Assembly: GCA_002309765.1 (NCBI GenBank)
Contig: DBXY01000052.1
Location: forward strand, 84,210-148,209
Source of the DNA: Verrucomicrobia bacterium UBA1200
GTDB taxonomy: Bacteria; Verrucomicrobiota; Kiritimatiellia; RFP12; UBA1067
DNA: 64,000 nt
Reading direction: 5' to 3'
Below, one piece after another: positions 35,301-44,698 of this stretch (positions within the stretch are counted from its first letter, which is position 1; every line of letters starts with the position of its first letter). The notes under the pieces were generated by a model. The model saw nothing but the letters and a program-made list of their open reading frames with translations, searched no databases and had not been told where the DNA came from. The translations under genes and the position numbers were made by a program.

Positions 35301-38300
35301 TTAGCGGACCATAAACAGGGTGCCGCCTAGAATAATCCGGGCGGTCTTCTTATCCGCCGAGAGAACCACCGTGTATTTGTCCGGCAGATTGGTCTCGGCG
35401 AAGGTTCCGCTGATGGTACCCACCGAAGTGGTGGCAAAGGTGTAGGAGCCGCCCGCCAACTGCTCGCTGGTGAATTCCAGCTTGGCATTGGTGAGATCCA
35501 AAGAACCTTCACACTGCAGCAGGTCGCCCTGCGCCACCCGGAGCGTACCGGTGAGCACCGTGTCCAAAGCGAGATTCAACGTGCCGATGGCGTCATCGCC
35601 GCCGGGCGAAAGCACGCCCTTGACGTTCAAGGTGCCATGATAAACCCGGCCGCTACCCGACAGGCCAAACAGCTCGTGGGTGTCGCCGTTCAGGTCAAGC
35701 GTGGCACCGGCCGCGACATCGACGTTACGGACGGTCTCGACAAATTCGCTGGAGAGTTTCGGCAGCGCGTCGGTGCCGAGAATCGCGTTCTCGGTCAACT
35801 GGGCTTCCGACAACCCCGCGTTCCAAACGCGGAACTCGAAATAGGTCGCGCTGGCATCGGGATCGTTAAATTCGGAACGGCCCAACACGCAATGCACCTG
35901 ATTTAGGCTCGCGATGGTCCAGTTGTCATAGTGCCGGGTAGCAATGGCGATGGTCTCGCCGGTCCCAGCGTCCTGCTGGTAGAGGGTGACGTCTGAACCA
36001 CCCGCCCCGTCCGGAATTACCACGCAGCCAAAGTGGTAGATGACACCCTCGGTACACTCGTTAACCGGGATGTTGGCATAGTTGCTGACACAGAAGAAGC
36101 CCTTGCCTGTGACCGGGTCTGCACCGCCGCGCCAGCCCATTGCCAGATAATCGGAAGTGGAAGACCCGAAGGCGAACGCCTGACTCCAAGTGCGAGCGAT
36201 ATTCTGCCGTCCCCAGAACTCGATGGTCACCGGACCCTCGGTCGGCAGAATGTCCGTGCCGAGGTTAATCGACGAAGTACCCTTGTTGCCGCCGGAGGTT
36301 TGCGCCGCCTTGCCGCTGTCGAGGCGAACCTGACCCTGCGGGATCGCGTCGGCTCCGCCGATCACGTCGGCGTAGGAGTTGTTGAACGGCCAGCGGTGGG
36401 TCAAGTAGTTGTTCTGCAACAGTTCGGCGCTAGGCTCATCCGGGAAAACGTTGTCATCTTTAACCGTGTCTTCCTGGAGATAGGCAGGAAGCCGGTCCGG
36501 ACCGTAAAGCACGTTCTGGGTGAGTTCGGCATCGGTGAAAACGCGGTTCCAAACGCGGACTTCGTTGTAGTTCGCCATCGCGTCGGCATCACCCCACTCA
36601 TGGGTAGCCCCGAGGAAGCAGTAATTCAGCGCCCACTCTGAGGTAGTCCAATTACTAACGTTGATGGTTCTGGAACCCAACGTGGCGCCGGTGGCAATAT
36701 CCTTACGAACCGCTACCACCGAAGTATTGCCCGCCCCGTCCGGTTTGATGGTAACCGCATAGTAGTATTCAGCATTAAGGTCAATCGTACCGGTACCGGT
36801 TTCGTTGCCGCTCTTACCCAACACATTGACTGAAGTATTCTGAGTGTCACCACCGGTGCAGAAGGTCATCAAAAGACCATTGTCAGTTTTCGAGCTGAAG
36901 CAGAACATTTTTGACCAGTTTCTCCTCTCGCGCAACGTCGTCCACAACTCGATGGTTACCGGGGTGTTGTCCGAAGGGAGAATGTCACTGCCAAGATTGA
37001 CGTAGCCGCCAAAATGCGTACCCGCGTTCAGGCAAATCTGCTTGCCGTCCTCCGAGTAAGTGCAGTTGCCAACAATGAAGGCGTTTTTGTCGCCGACCAA
37101 ATCTTCGGCAGTGCCGTTGAAGCTCCAGCGGTGGACCAACCCGCCGCTGCCGGAGTGAATGGAGAGCGTACCCTCGGCAACGTTGAGATTTTCGACCGAC
37201 GGCACCGTACCCAAAGCGAGCAACCCGCTGCCGGTTTTGGTGATGGCACCGGTGGAACGACCGTTGGCCACCGGAATGCCGTAAGAATACACGCTGTTGG
37301 CACCGGTATCGATGGTCACGCCGCCGGGACCGATGGAGAGTCCGGCGGAATCATTGCCGTTGAAGAAATTCGCGAACACGCCCGAAGGATCGGGATTTTC
37401 TTCCGTCGCCGGGTTGTACGGAGCGAGAGTGGCGTTGTCAACGTAGAACACCAAGGTGTTGGTGGTGGCGCCGAAGTTGAAGCTGGAAGCCTCCACCCGA
37501 CCGCCGTCCGTAACGTTGAGAATAGCCCCCTGGGTCTCGACCGCATTCGCCAACCGGACAGGGGCGGCGGAGTAAACCCGACCATCGCCGCTAACATTCA
37601 AAGTACCGGTACCCAGCTCGCCGACGATGATGGCGCGACCGGCGTTAGGCTGGGTTAGAGTGCCGCCGGAGATGTCCCAAGTACCAACCGAACCGGCATA
37701 ACGGGCAATGCTAAACCACTCGGAGCAAGACGCAGCACCGCCGGTTTGGAAAACCTCGCCAATGCCGTAGCGGCCGATCTGGAAGTTATTGTCCACCTGC
37801 AAGACACCGTCGTTCAGGCGATAAATACCGTGGCCAACCAGATTGTCGTTATTGTTATATTCGCCGATGGCGGCGTCTTCACCGCGTTTGGTGGTGTCAT
37901 GGACGACGCCGCCGTTTTGGATCAATTCGCCAACGCCGAGGTTGCCGATAATCAGTTGCCCGACTTGAATGTCCGCGCCCGGCTCGACGTAAATTTTTGA
38001 AGTGGTGCCTCCTTCCCATGCGGCGATGAAACGGCCGCCTTCCATGTCAATCGAGCTTCCGCTCTCGAAATGCGACTCGGAACCGGTCCCTGTGAAACCG
38101 GAATAGAACCAACCGCCGGAGGTGGTCAGTTTTACGCCGTCGGTCACATAAAGCTTCGTGGCGTTGTAGATGCGGTAATCATGCGTGTAATAGGTGGCAA
38201 GGGAGTTGGTAAAGTATGCCACGCCGTCATAAATCTGCACCCACTGGTTCGGGGTGGAGATACCGCCGTCGAAACTGATCGTGGCGGGACCGGTCTTGAC

Positions 38301-40088
38301 GATATGGTTGGCACTGCACGAAATCTCGCCCGCCATTATCACCGCCGCGTTTGCATCGGCGCTGTTCGCCTCGATGGTCAACGTGCCGGCGGTATAAATT
38401 ATCGGGTTGACAAAAGTCAACGGGGCATTCGCGCCCGTATCATTCAACCGCAAAGTTCTGATGCCTTTCTCGGTAACATTTAAAGCTGCGCCCTCACCGC
38501 CGATGTCCACGGTTAACGGAGCATTCATCGCGGCAAGCGACAGCGGCTGCCCTTCATCCACCGAGAAGTTGGCGGCGCCTTCGCCGATGGAACGGGTCAT
38601 AGGCGACTCGTTGATCGGGGCCCAACCGCCGCCGGCGAGCCGGATGTGCGAATCGTTGGGGATGCCCACGCCCTTTGCCGCATGGAGCAAGCCTTTCCAG
38701 ATCACGGTATCGCCGGTGTAGGTATTCGCGCCGGTAAGGGTAAGGGTGTTGTTTCCAGTCTTGGACAAACCGGCGGTACCGGTAAGGGCGATAGCGTCAT
38801 CGAACTCCGCGTTACCGCCATTGGTATCCAAACCGATACCGACGTTGTAGATACCGTTTATCCGGGCGATCAATGCGGCGGTTGCCGCTTCTGACCAGTT
38901 GTTGACGCCAAAGCCCACGGTGGTGCCGGGGGCAATCGTGAAGTCCGCCTCGGCGATGGAAGGAATCGAATTCTCATTGGACAACACCAAAGTACCGGCG
39001 CTGAGAACGGTAGGCCCCTCGTAATCCGCCGAGCCGTTCAGCACCAAAGTCCCGGCACCGGTCTTGGTAAGTCCGCCGTCGGCAGTGGCGTCGGGATGCT
39101 TGGTGAAGTTGTTGTTGATTGAAGCATAATGTCCTTCGGGGATTTCCAGTTTCGCGCCGCCGTCGTTAACGTAAAGGTGGGCGATTTCCGCCGGAATGTA
39201 AGGATCCCTAATCAGGGTGGTGCCGCCCATCGCCAGCGTGCCGCCGTCAAAGTTGATGGTGGAGTCGGTGCCGTAGGTGTTCTGCCGCTGGATATAGTTG
39301 GCGGAAATTCTTCCACCCTCCATCAGGTTCACCGTACCGTAGCCGTTGACGCTGAGCCGTCCCAACAAATCCATATTGGCAGTACCGCTAACGTTCAGGG
39401 TGGCTTTGCCGTACTCGCCAACGATTACACCGCCGCCGGCGTTGACACCGGAAAACGTACCGCCGGTGAAGTTGTAGATGCCCTCGCTGTCCACCACCAC
39501 GCCGTCCAAGGTGGAGTTCATCCGCCCCATCGCAAACCACGCGGAGTGTTCAATGGTACCGCCGCTCTGGTTGATGATGCCGGTGCCGTAACGGCCGATG
39601 TTAGAGTTGGCGCCAGTTACAGAGAGTTTGCCACCCGTGATGTTCACGGTACCCGTCGAGCCGAGTCCGACACCCACGCCAAAGCCGGGGTCGCCGCCGG
39701 CGCGGACGGTATAGGTGCCGCCGCTGATGTTCAGCGTGGCGACAGACCCCGCCGCATCGGCCACGAAAAGCTGGTCGGATTCAAATGTGCCGTTGGTCAA
39801 GGTAGCAATCACCTCGGCGCTGTCCACTTCCGGGTCGTCGGTAATGTAACCCAGATAAAGCCGCCCCACGACGAGCGTGCCTTCGCTGCTAAGCGAGATG
39901 TCGCTATTGCCGGGGATTCTGGCGTAGTCCGATTCCGCCGGGACAAAAGTCTCGCGCCAGTTCCCGTTGAGCGACCAGGTACTGCCGTCGTCATTGCCAG
40001 TCCAATGCACGTCCGCGGCCGAAGCCAGCATCGCCACACCGGCCGCCGCGCCGAACCACCACAATTTGCCAAAAAGTAATTGCCTCAT
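35301..40088 (-). CDS. giant secreted beta-helical repeat protein with two LamG-like (concanavalin-A-like) domains
   Basis: Start at the ATG at 40088, preceded by AAGGAG, giving MRQLLFGKLWWFGAAAGVAMLASA (signal peptide). The N-terminal two thirds carry many GGTLxxxGxT / NxTG-type beta-strand repeats (autotransporter-associated beta-strand repeat style). Two LamG-like domains (WSFNGTAEDLVGD...EVRVWNRVFTDAEL and HRWPFNNSYADVIGG...EFRVWNAGLSEAQL). Ends ...GGTLFMVR*. Confidence 0.8.
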   Translation of the reverse strand: MRQLLFGKLWWFGAAAGVAMLASAADVHWTGNDDGSTWSLNGNWRETFVPAESDYARIPGNSDISLSSEGTLVVGRLYLGYITDDPEVDSAEVIATLTNGTFESDQLFVADAAGSVATLNISGGTYTVRAGGDPGFGVGVGLGSTGTVNITGGKLSVTGANSNIGRYGTGIINQSGGTIEHSAWFAMGRMNSTLDGVVVDSEGIYNFTGGTFSGVNAGGGVIVGEYGKATLNVSGTANMDLLGRLSVNGYGTVNLMEGGRISANYIQRQNTYGTDSTINFDGGTLAMGGTTLIRDPYIPAEIAHLYVNDGGAKLEIPEGHYASINNNFTKHPDATADGGLTKTGAGTLVLNGSADYEGPTVLSAGTLVLSNENSIPSIAEADFTIAPGTTVGFGVNNWSEAATAALIARINGIYNVGIGLDTNGGNAEFDDAIALTGTAGLSKTGNNTLTLTGANTYTGDTVIWKGLLHAAKGVGIPNDSHIRLAGGGWAPINESPMTRSIGEGAANFSVDEGQPLSLAAMNAPLTVDIGGEGAALNVTEKGIRTLRLNDTGANAPLTFVNPIIYTAGTLTIEANSADANAAVIMAGEISCSANHIVKTGPATISFDGGISTPNQWVQIYDGVAYFTNSLATYYTHDYRIYNATKLYVTDGVKLTTSGGWFYSGFTGTGSESHFESGSSIDMEGGRFIAAWEGGTTSKIYVEPGADIQVGQLIIGNLGVGELIQNGGVVHDTTKRGEDAAIGEYNNNDNLVGHGIYRLNDGVLQVDNNFQIGRYGIGEVFQTGGAASCSEWFSIARYAGSVGTWDISGGTLTQPNAGRAIIVGELGTGTLNVSGDGRVYSAAPVRLANAVETQGAILNVTDGGRVEASSFNFGATTNTLVFYVDNATLAPYNPATEENPDPSGVFANFFNGNDSAGLSIGPGGVTIDTGANSVYSYGIPVANGRSTGAITKTGSGLLALGTVPSVENLNVAEGTLSIHSGSGGLVHRWSFNGTAEDLVGDKNAFIVGNCTYSEDGKQICLNAGTHFGGYVNLGSDILPSDNTPVTIELWTTLRERRNWSKMFCFSSKTDNGLLMTFCTGGDTQNTSVNVLGKSGNETGTGTIDLNAEYYYAVTIKPDGAGNTSVVAVRKDIATGATLGSRTINVSNWTTSEWALNYCFLGATHEWGDADAMANYNEVRVWNRVFTDAELTQNVLYGPDRLPAYLQEDTVKDDNVFPDEPSAELLQNNYLTHRWPFNNSYADVIGGADAIPQGQVRLDSGKAAQTSGGNKGTSSINLGTDILPTEGPVTIEFWGRQNIARTWSQAFAFGSSTSDYLAMGWRGGADPVTGKGFFCVSNYANIPVNECTEGVIYHFGCVVIPDGAGGSDVTLYQQDAGTGETIAIATRHYDNWTIASLNQVHCVLGRSEFNDPDASATYFEFRVWNAGLSEAQLTENAILGTDALPKLSSEFVETVRNVDVAAGATLDLNGDTHELFGLSGSGRVYHGTLNVKGVLSPGGDDAIGTLNLALDTVLTGTLRVAQGDLLQCEGSLDLTNAKLEFTSEQLAGGSYTFATTSVGTISGTFAETNLPDKYTVVLSADKKTARIILGGTLFMVR

Positions 40089-40323
40089 ATTGACCACTCC
40101 TTTACCACATTTAAACCAACTGCATAATAAGTTAATCAATTCCACCTGTAAAGTAAAGTGAAAACCGAGCGCGGAAGTAAAAAAGTTATCCGTCTTGTTA
40201 CCTTGGATAACGCCAACCGCCTCAACATCCATTTTTCTTCCCCGCTTTTTCTTTTTTCGTTTGAATTTTACCGCCTTTTATGGCATAATAAATCGCGATT
40301 TTCAAACGAAAGTGAGGTTTTAA

Positions 40324-40668
40324 ATGGCTGCGCCTTTTGAATTGACCGGAACGGTTAAAGTGCTGATGGACACGATGACATTCCCCAGCGGTTTCAGCAA
40401 ACGCGAATTTGTGGTCACGTCCGAAGACGAATACCCGCAAGACATTAAATTTGCCTGCGTCAAGGAACGGATATCCCAGCTGGACAAACTACAGCCCGCC
40501 GACCGCGTAAAAGTGAGTTTCCGCATTCGCGGCAACGAGTACCAGGGCCGTTATTTTGTCGACCTTCAGGCTTTCAAGGTGGAAAAACTCGACGCCGACG
40601 GTTCGGCCGTGGAATACGACAATCTGGAGCCGCCGGACGCGTTGCCGGACACGGAGATGCCATTTTAA
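40324..40668 (+). CDS. DUF3127-domain protein
   Basis: FELTGTVKVLMDTMTFPSGFSKREFVVTSEDEYPQDIKFACVKERISQLDKLQPADRVKVSFRIRGNEYQGRYFVDLQAF matches the DUF3127 consensus (ELTGTV..V.TF.SGF.KREFVL.T...YPQ.VKFE..KD......GD.V.VSFN.RGRE..GKYF). Confidence 0.7.
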   Translation: MAAPFELTGTVKVLMDTMTFPSGFSKREFVVTSEDEYPQDIKFACVKERISQLDKLQPADRVKVSFRIRGNEYQGRYFVDLQAFKVEKLDADGSAVEYDNLEPPDALPDTEMPF

Positions 40669-40686
40669 CCTGACGCGACACGACCA

Positions 40687-41559
40687 ATGCCCGACCCGAC
40701 ACAATTGCCGCTGCGCGAGCTGATTCGGCGCGGCGCGGATTTTTTGGAGCGCAAAGGCATTCCTGACGCCGCAACCGTATGCGAGTTGCTGGCGGCGCGA
40801 TTGTGCCAATGCAAGAGGATAGAGCTTCACCGGTCGCTGGACGCCCCGCTTTCCGAACCGAGGGTGGATGCGATGCGCCGGGGCATCCAGCGCGTCGCGG
40901 GCGGAGAACCGGTTCAGTATGTGCTGGGGCAATGGGATTTCCGCCACCTGACCCTTAAATGCGACCGCCGGGCGTTGATCCCCCGGCCGGAAACCGAGGG
41001 GCTGGTGGAACTGGTTCTGAAGTCGCCGCAACTCAACGGGAACCCTAAACCGCTGGTGGTGGATGTCGGGACCGGAACCGGATGCGTCATCTTGAGCATC
41101 GCGCAGGAGCATCCCGGCGGGGTGTATGTCGGGCTGGACATCAGCCCTGACGCGCTGGCGCTGGCCGGAGAAAACGCCAAGCTTACCGGGCTGGAAGACA
41201 AGGTGATGTTCGCGGAATCCGACGGTTGCGGCGAATTCGAACCCGCCAGCGTGGACATTCTGGTCTCCAACCCGCCCTATATTCCTTCGGCGACGGTTGA
41301 CGCGCTCGACCCGTGGATCCGGGACCACGAGCCGCGGTTGGCGCTGGACGGCGGGGCGGACGGACTGAATTTCTACCGCTCGTTTCTGATGGACGCCATT
41401 ATGGTGCTGAAATCCGGCGGCGCGGTTTTCTTTGAAATCGGTGACGACCAAAGCCAGGCGCTGCGGGATATGATGGAGGAGCACGGACTGGAGGAGGTCC
41501 GAATCCTCAAGGATCTGGCCGGACGAGACCGCTACGCCACAGGAGTTATGGCGGGCTGA
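40687..41559 (+). CDS. prmC: release-factor glutamine N5-methyltransferase PrmC/HemK
   Basis: SAM motif VVDVGTGTGCV. Catalytic NPPY (SNPPYIP). About 290 aa. Confidence 0.85.
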   Translation: MPDPTQLPLRELIRRGADFLERKGIPDAATVCELLAARLCQCKRIELHRSLDAPLSEPRVDAMRRGIQRVAGGEPVQYVLGQWDFRHLTLKCDRRALIPRPETEGLVELVLKSPQLNGNPKPLVVDVGTGTGCVILSIAQEHPGGVYVGLDISPDALALAGENAKLTGLEDKVMFAESDGCGEFEPASVDILVSNPPYIPSATVDALDPWIRDHEPRLALDGGADGLNFYRSFLMDAIMVLKSGGAVFFEIGDDQSQALRDMMEEHGLEEVRILKDLAGRDRYATGVMAG

Positions 41560-41578
41560 ACGGGTAGCCCGCAGGAGG

Positions 41579-42430
41579 ATGAAAATGTTTTTTGTCGGAC
41601 CGCATGTTTCAACATCCGGCGGCGTGAGCAACGCCCCGCTGAACGCGAGTTCGGTCGGCGCGACCGGATTCGCCATGTTTGTCAAAAACCAGCGGCAGTG
41701 GACGGCGCCGCCGCTGTCCAGCCAAGAGATTGAATTGTTTAAGCAGCGGTTGCGCGAATGCGGCTACTCGCCCGCCCAGGTGCTGCCGCACGCCGGATAC
41801 CTGATCAATCTCGCCAACCCCGACGCGGAGGCGCACGCGAAATCCATGGCTTCGCTTAAAAACGAGCTGTCGCGCTGCATGGCGCTTGGCCTGACAATGC
41901 TGAACCTGCACCCCGGCAGCCACCTGCGCCAACTCACCCCGGAAGCCGCGTGCGACCGGGTGGCCGAATCAATCAACTCTGCGTTGAAAGACTCTGACGG
42001 GGTAACCATCGTTATTGAAAACACCGCCGGGAGCGGGGGCAACCTTGGCTCGAAATTCTCCGAGCTGGCAAGGATTATCAGCGGCGTGAAAGACCAGCAA
42101 CGCATCGGGGTCTGCATCGACACCGCCCACACCTTCGGTTCGGGCATGGACATCTCCACCCCGGATGGCTTTGACCGCGCCATCGCCGAGTTCGACCGGA
42201 CGGTGGGGTTGCGGTTCCTGCGCGGGATGCATCTGAACGACTCGCGCGCGGCGCTGAACTCGCACGTTGACCGTCACGAATCGCTGGGACTCGGGAAAAT
42301 CGGTTTCGCAACCTTCGCGCATCTGATGGAAGATAACAGGTTCGAAGGCATACCGTTGATTCTGGAGACCCCGGACGAATCCAAATGGGCGGACGAGGTT
42401 CGCCGCTTGCTTGAATGCCGGAGAAGCTGA
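41579..42430 (+). CDS. nfo: endonuclease IV (deoxyribonuclease IV)
   Basis: AGGAGG precedes the ATG. Nfo-family TIM barrel with conserved HxxYLINLA, HPG, IENTAG and CIDTAH metal-binding motifs. Confidence 0.85.
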   Translation: MKMFFVGPHVSTSGGVSNAPLNASSVGATGFAMFVKNQRQWTAPPLSSQEIELFKQRLRECGYSPAQVLPHAGYLINLANPDAEAHAKSMASLKNELSRCMALGLTMLNLHPGSHLRQLTPEAACDRVAESINSALKDSDGVTIVIENTAGSGGNLGSKFSELARIISGVKDQQRIGVCIDTAHTFGSGMDISTPDGFDRAIAEFDRTVGLRFLRGMHLNDSRAALNSHVDRHESLGLGKIGFATFAHLMEDNRFEGIPLILETPDESKWADEVRRLLECRRS

Positions 42431-42431
42431 C

Positions 42432-43259
42432 ATGGACAACTCCAGACTAACCAATGAGGAATTTCTGAAATCGTTGCTGGAAACCGGCGGTTACACCACG
42501 CCCGACTCGCGTCGGCCTGCCCGTCCGCCCAAAGCCAGCATCGGAGAGTCTTTCCGCTACGCCGCCACCATCATCGGGCTGGTGCTACGTTGCGTGGTGC
42601 GCTTCGTACAGCGCCGGTTCAATTACGATGTCTGGCAGCGCAACGCCTTTCGATCAGTCGCTTTCGCGGAACGCGCCGGAGCGCTGGTAAAAATCGACGG
42701 GTTTGACAAAAGCAAGTTTGCCAACGGCCCGGTGGTTTTCGTGATGAACCACATGAGTACGCTCGAAACAATGGTCGCCCCGGCGTTAATCATCCCGTTC
42801 AGCGAAATTTCCATCGTGCTGAAAGAATCGCTCGACCGGATCCCGTTTGTCGGCAAGGCCGCCCGGTCGGTCGGCTCCATCGCGGTAAGCCGCAAAAACG
42901 CCCGCGAGGATCTGAAAACCGTACTCACCGAAGGTGTGAAACGCATCCGCGACGGCAAGTCGGTCCTGCTTTACCCGCAAGGGACGCGCCAAGCGGTTTT
43001 CGACCACAAACGGTTCAACTCCCTGGGCGCGAAACTGGCGGAACGCGCCGGAGTGCCGCTGGTGCCGATCGCGGTCCGGACCGACATTCTCCAAACCGGC
43101 AAGCTGATTCGCGATTTCGGGGCGGTTGACCCGTCCCGCCCGCTGCTGGTGTCCTGCGGCGACCCGATCCCGGTTGAAGTGGGCGCGCGAGAGATGCATG
43201 AGCGCAGCCTCAAGTTCATCATGGAGAAGTTGCAGGAATGGGGTTTGGAGACAATTTAG
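42432..43259 (+). CDS. 1-acyl-sn-glycerol-3-phosphate acyltransferase-like (PlsC / lysophospholipid acyltransferase family)
   Basis: Start at the ATG at 42432, immediately after the nfo stop; the track ORF begins with TTG at 42411. Acyltransferase motif I is NHMSTLE (HxxxxD/E variant) and motif III is YPQGTR. Confidence 0.7.
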   Translation: MDNSRLTNEEFLKSLLETGGYTTPDSRRPARPPKASIGESFRYAATIIGLVLRCVVRFVQRRFNYDVWQRNAFRSVAFAERAGALVKIDGFDKSKFANGPVVFVMNHMSTLETMVAPALIIPFSEISIVLKESLDRIPFVGKAARSVGSIAVSRKNAREDLKTVLTEGVKRIRDGKSVLLYPQGTRQAVFDHKRFNSLGAKLAERAGVPLVPIAVRTDILQTGKLIRDFGAVDPSRPLLVSCGDPIPVEVGAREMHERSLKFIMEKLQEWGLETI

Positions 43260-43320
43260 GGGTAAAATATCAACTGAAATGGCGTTCTATTTACGACTTA
43301 TGATTTGAAAGGATGTTTGA

Positions 43321-44646
43321 ATGAATCTGTGGAGAGACCGAAATTATCCCATCATTGTTTCCTGCGCGAAGGGGTTGGCCCCCTACACCGAACAGGAACT
43401 GCTGAAGATGGGCTACAAAATCGTCGAAGTTACCGAAAACACCGTGGTCGTGCGCGGCGCGATGCGCGATATGATGCGGCTTAACCTTCAGCTGCGCACC
43501 GCGCACCGGGTGCTGGTGCCGCTGCTGCGTACCGAATGCTACAACCTCGACCAGCTTTACCAGGACGTGTTTTCCATCGATTGGGAGAACCTGCTGGAGC
43601 CGGACAGCTATTTCACCGTGAACAATGTGGTGCATAACAGCACCATACGCGACACGCGGATGCCTTCGCTGGTCACCAAGGACGCCATCGCCGACCGGAT
43701 GCGCAAACACTGCGGCGGGGCGCGGCCCGATTCCGGACCGGAGACCTTCGGCGCGGCGTTCTTTGTTTACTGGCAAGACAACGAAATGATCGTGTACATC
43801 GACACCGCGAACGAACCGTTGTCCAAACGCGGTTACCGGCGCATTCCCGGCGACGCCCCGATGCAGGAGACGCTGGCCGCCGGCTGTATCCTCGCCTCGG
43901 AATGGGATCCTACGACACCGTTTGTGGCCCCGATGTGCGGCAGCGGCACCCCCGCCATCGAGGCGGCGTTGATCGCGCTCAACCGCGCCCCCGGTTCGTT
44001 CAAAACCCATTTCGGTTTTGAGTCGATAAAGGGATACCAGCTGCGGATTCCGACCGAGCGGGTCAACAATGTCGGCAGACGCCGTTTCGGCGGCGCGTCG
44101 CCGGAGGAGATATGGCGCGAAATGCGCCGCGACGCAGAGGCCGCCGAGACCCCGCAGAATATGCCCCGGATTTTGGCTTCGGACATCAACCCGGCTTTGA
44201 CCGAAGTGGCGAGCCACAATGCCATTGCCGCCGGCGTGGCGAAGTACATCACCTTCTCTTCGCACGATTTCGCGGACACCGAGATACCGCCCGCGCCCGG
44301 CACGATCTTCATGAACCCCGCCTACGGCGAGCGGTTGGGCGCGAATGACGATCTGGTGGCGCTTTACGGGCGCATCGGAGATTTCTTCAAACAGCGTTGC
44401 GCCGGCTACACCGGGTGCGTGCTTACCGGCAATATGGCGCTGTCGCGAAAAATCGGGTTGCGTTCCAAACACCGGATCCCGTTCTTCAACGGCCCGATCG
44501 AATGCCGGATGATGGTTTACGACCTCTACCAAGGCGGAGAGCGGGAAGCCATCCCGTCCAACGCGGAAATTATCGCCGAGCTGCCGCCGGAGCAACGACG
44601 GCAACGCAAATCCCCGAACCATGACGATCTGATAATCGGAGTTTAA
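43321..44646 (+). CDS. THUMP-domain class I SAM-dependent RNA methyltransferase (RlmL N-terminal half / Trm14-like, COG0116)
   Basis: N-terminal THUMP-like region. SAM-binding motif APMCGSGTPAIEAA. NPAYGERLG, an N-methyltransferase (D/N)PP(Y/F)-type motif. Confidence 0.7.
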   Translation: MNLWRDRNYPIIVSCAKGLAPYTEQELLKMGYKIVEVTENTVVVRGAMRDMMRLNLQLRTAHRVLVPLLRTECYNLDQLYQDVFSIDWENLLEPDSYFTVNNVVHNSTIRDTRMPSLVTKDAIADRMRKHCGGARPDSGPETFGAAFFVYWQDNEMIVYIDTANEPLSKRGYRRIPGDAPMQETLAAGCILASEWDPTTPFVAPMCGSGTPAIEAALIALNRAPGSFKTHFGFESIKGYQLRIPTERVNNVGRRRFGGASPEEIWREMRRDAEAAETPQNMPRILASDINPALTEVASHNAIAAGVAKYITFSSHDFADTEIPPAPGTIFMNPAYGERLGANDDLVALYGRIGDFFKQRCAGYTGCVLTGNMALSRKIGLRSKHRIPFFNGPIECRMMVYDLYQGGEREAIPSNAEIIAELPPEQRRQRKSPNHDDLIIGV

Positions 44647-44698
44647 TTCAACCCCCGCGCCAAAGTTTCGAACCGGCGCACCACAGGAGAAACACACC

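Noticed and set aside
40489-41685. 398-aa minus-strand ORF overlapping DUF3127, prmC and the nfo start
   Set aside because: It lies opposite three motif-supported plus-strand genes and has no recognisable domain.
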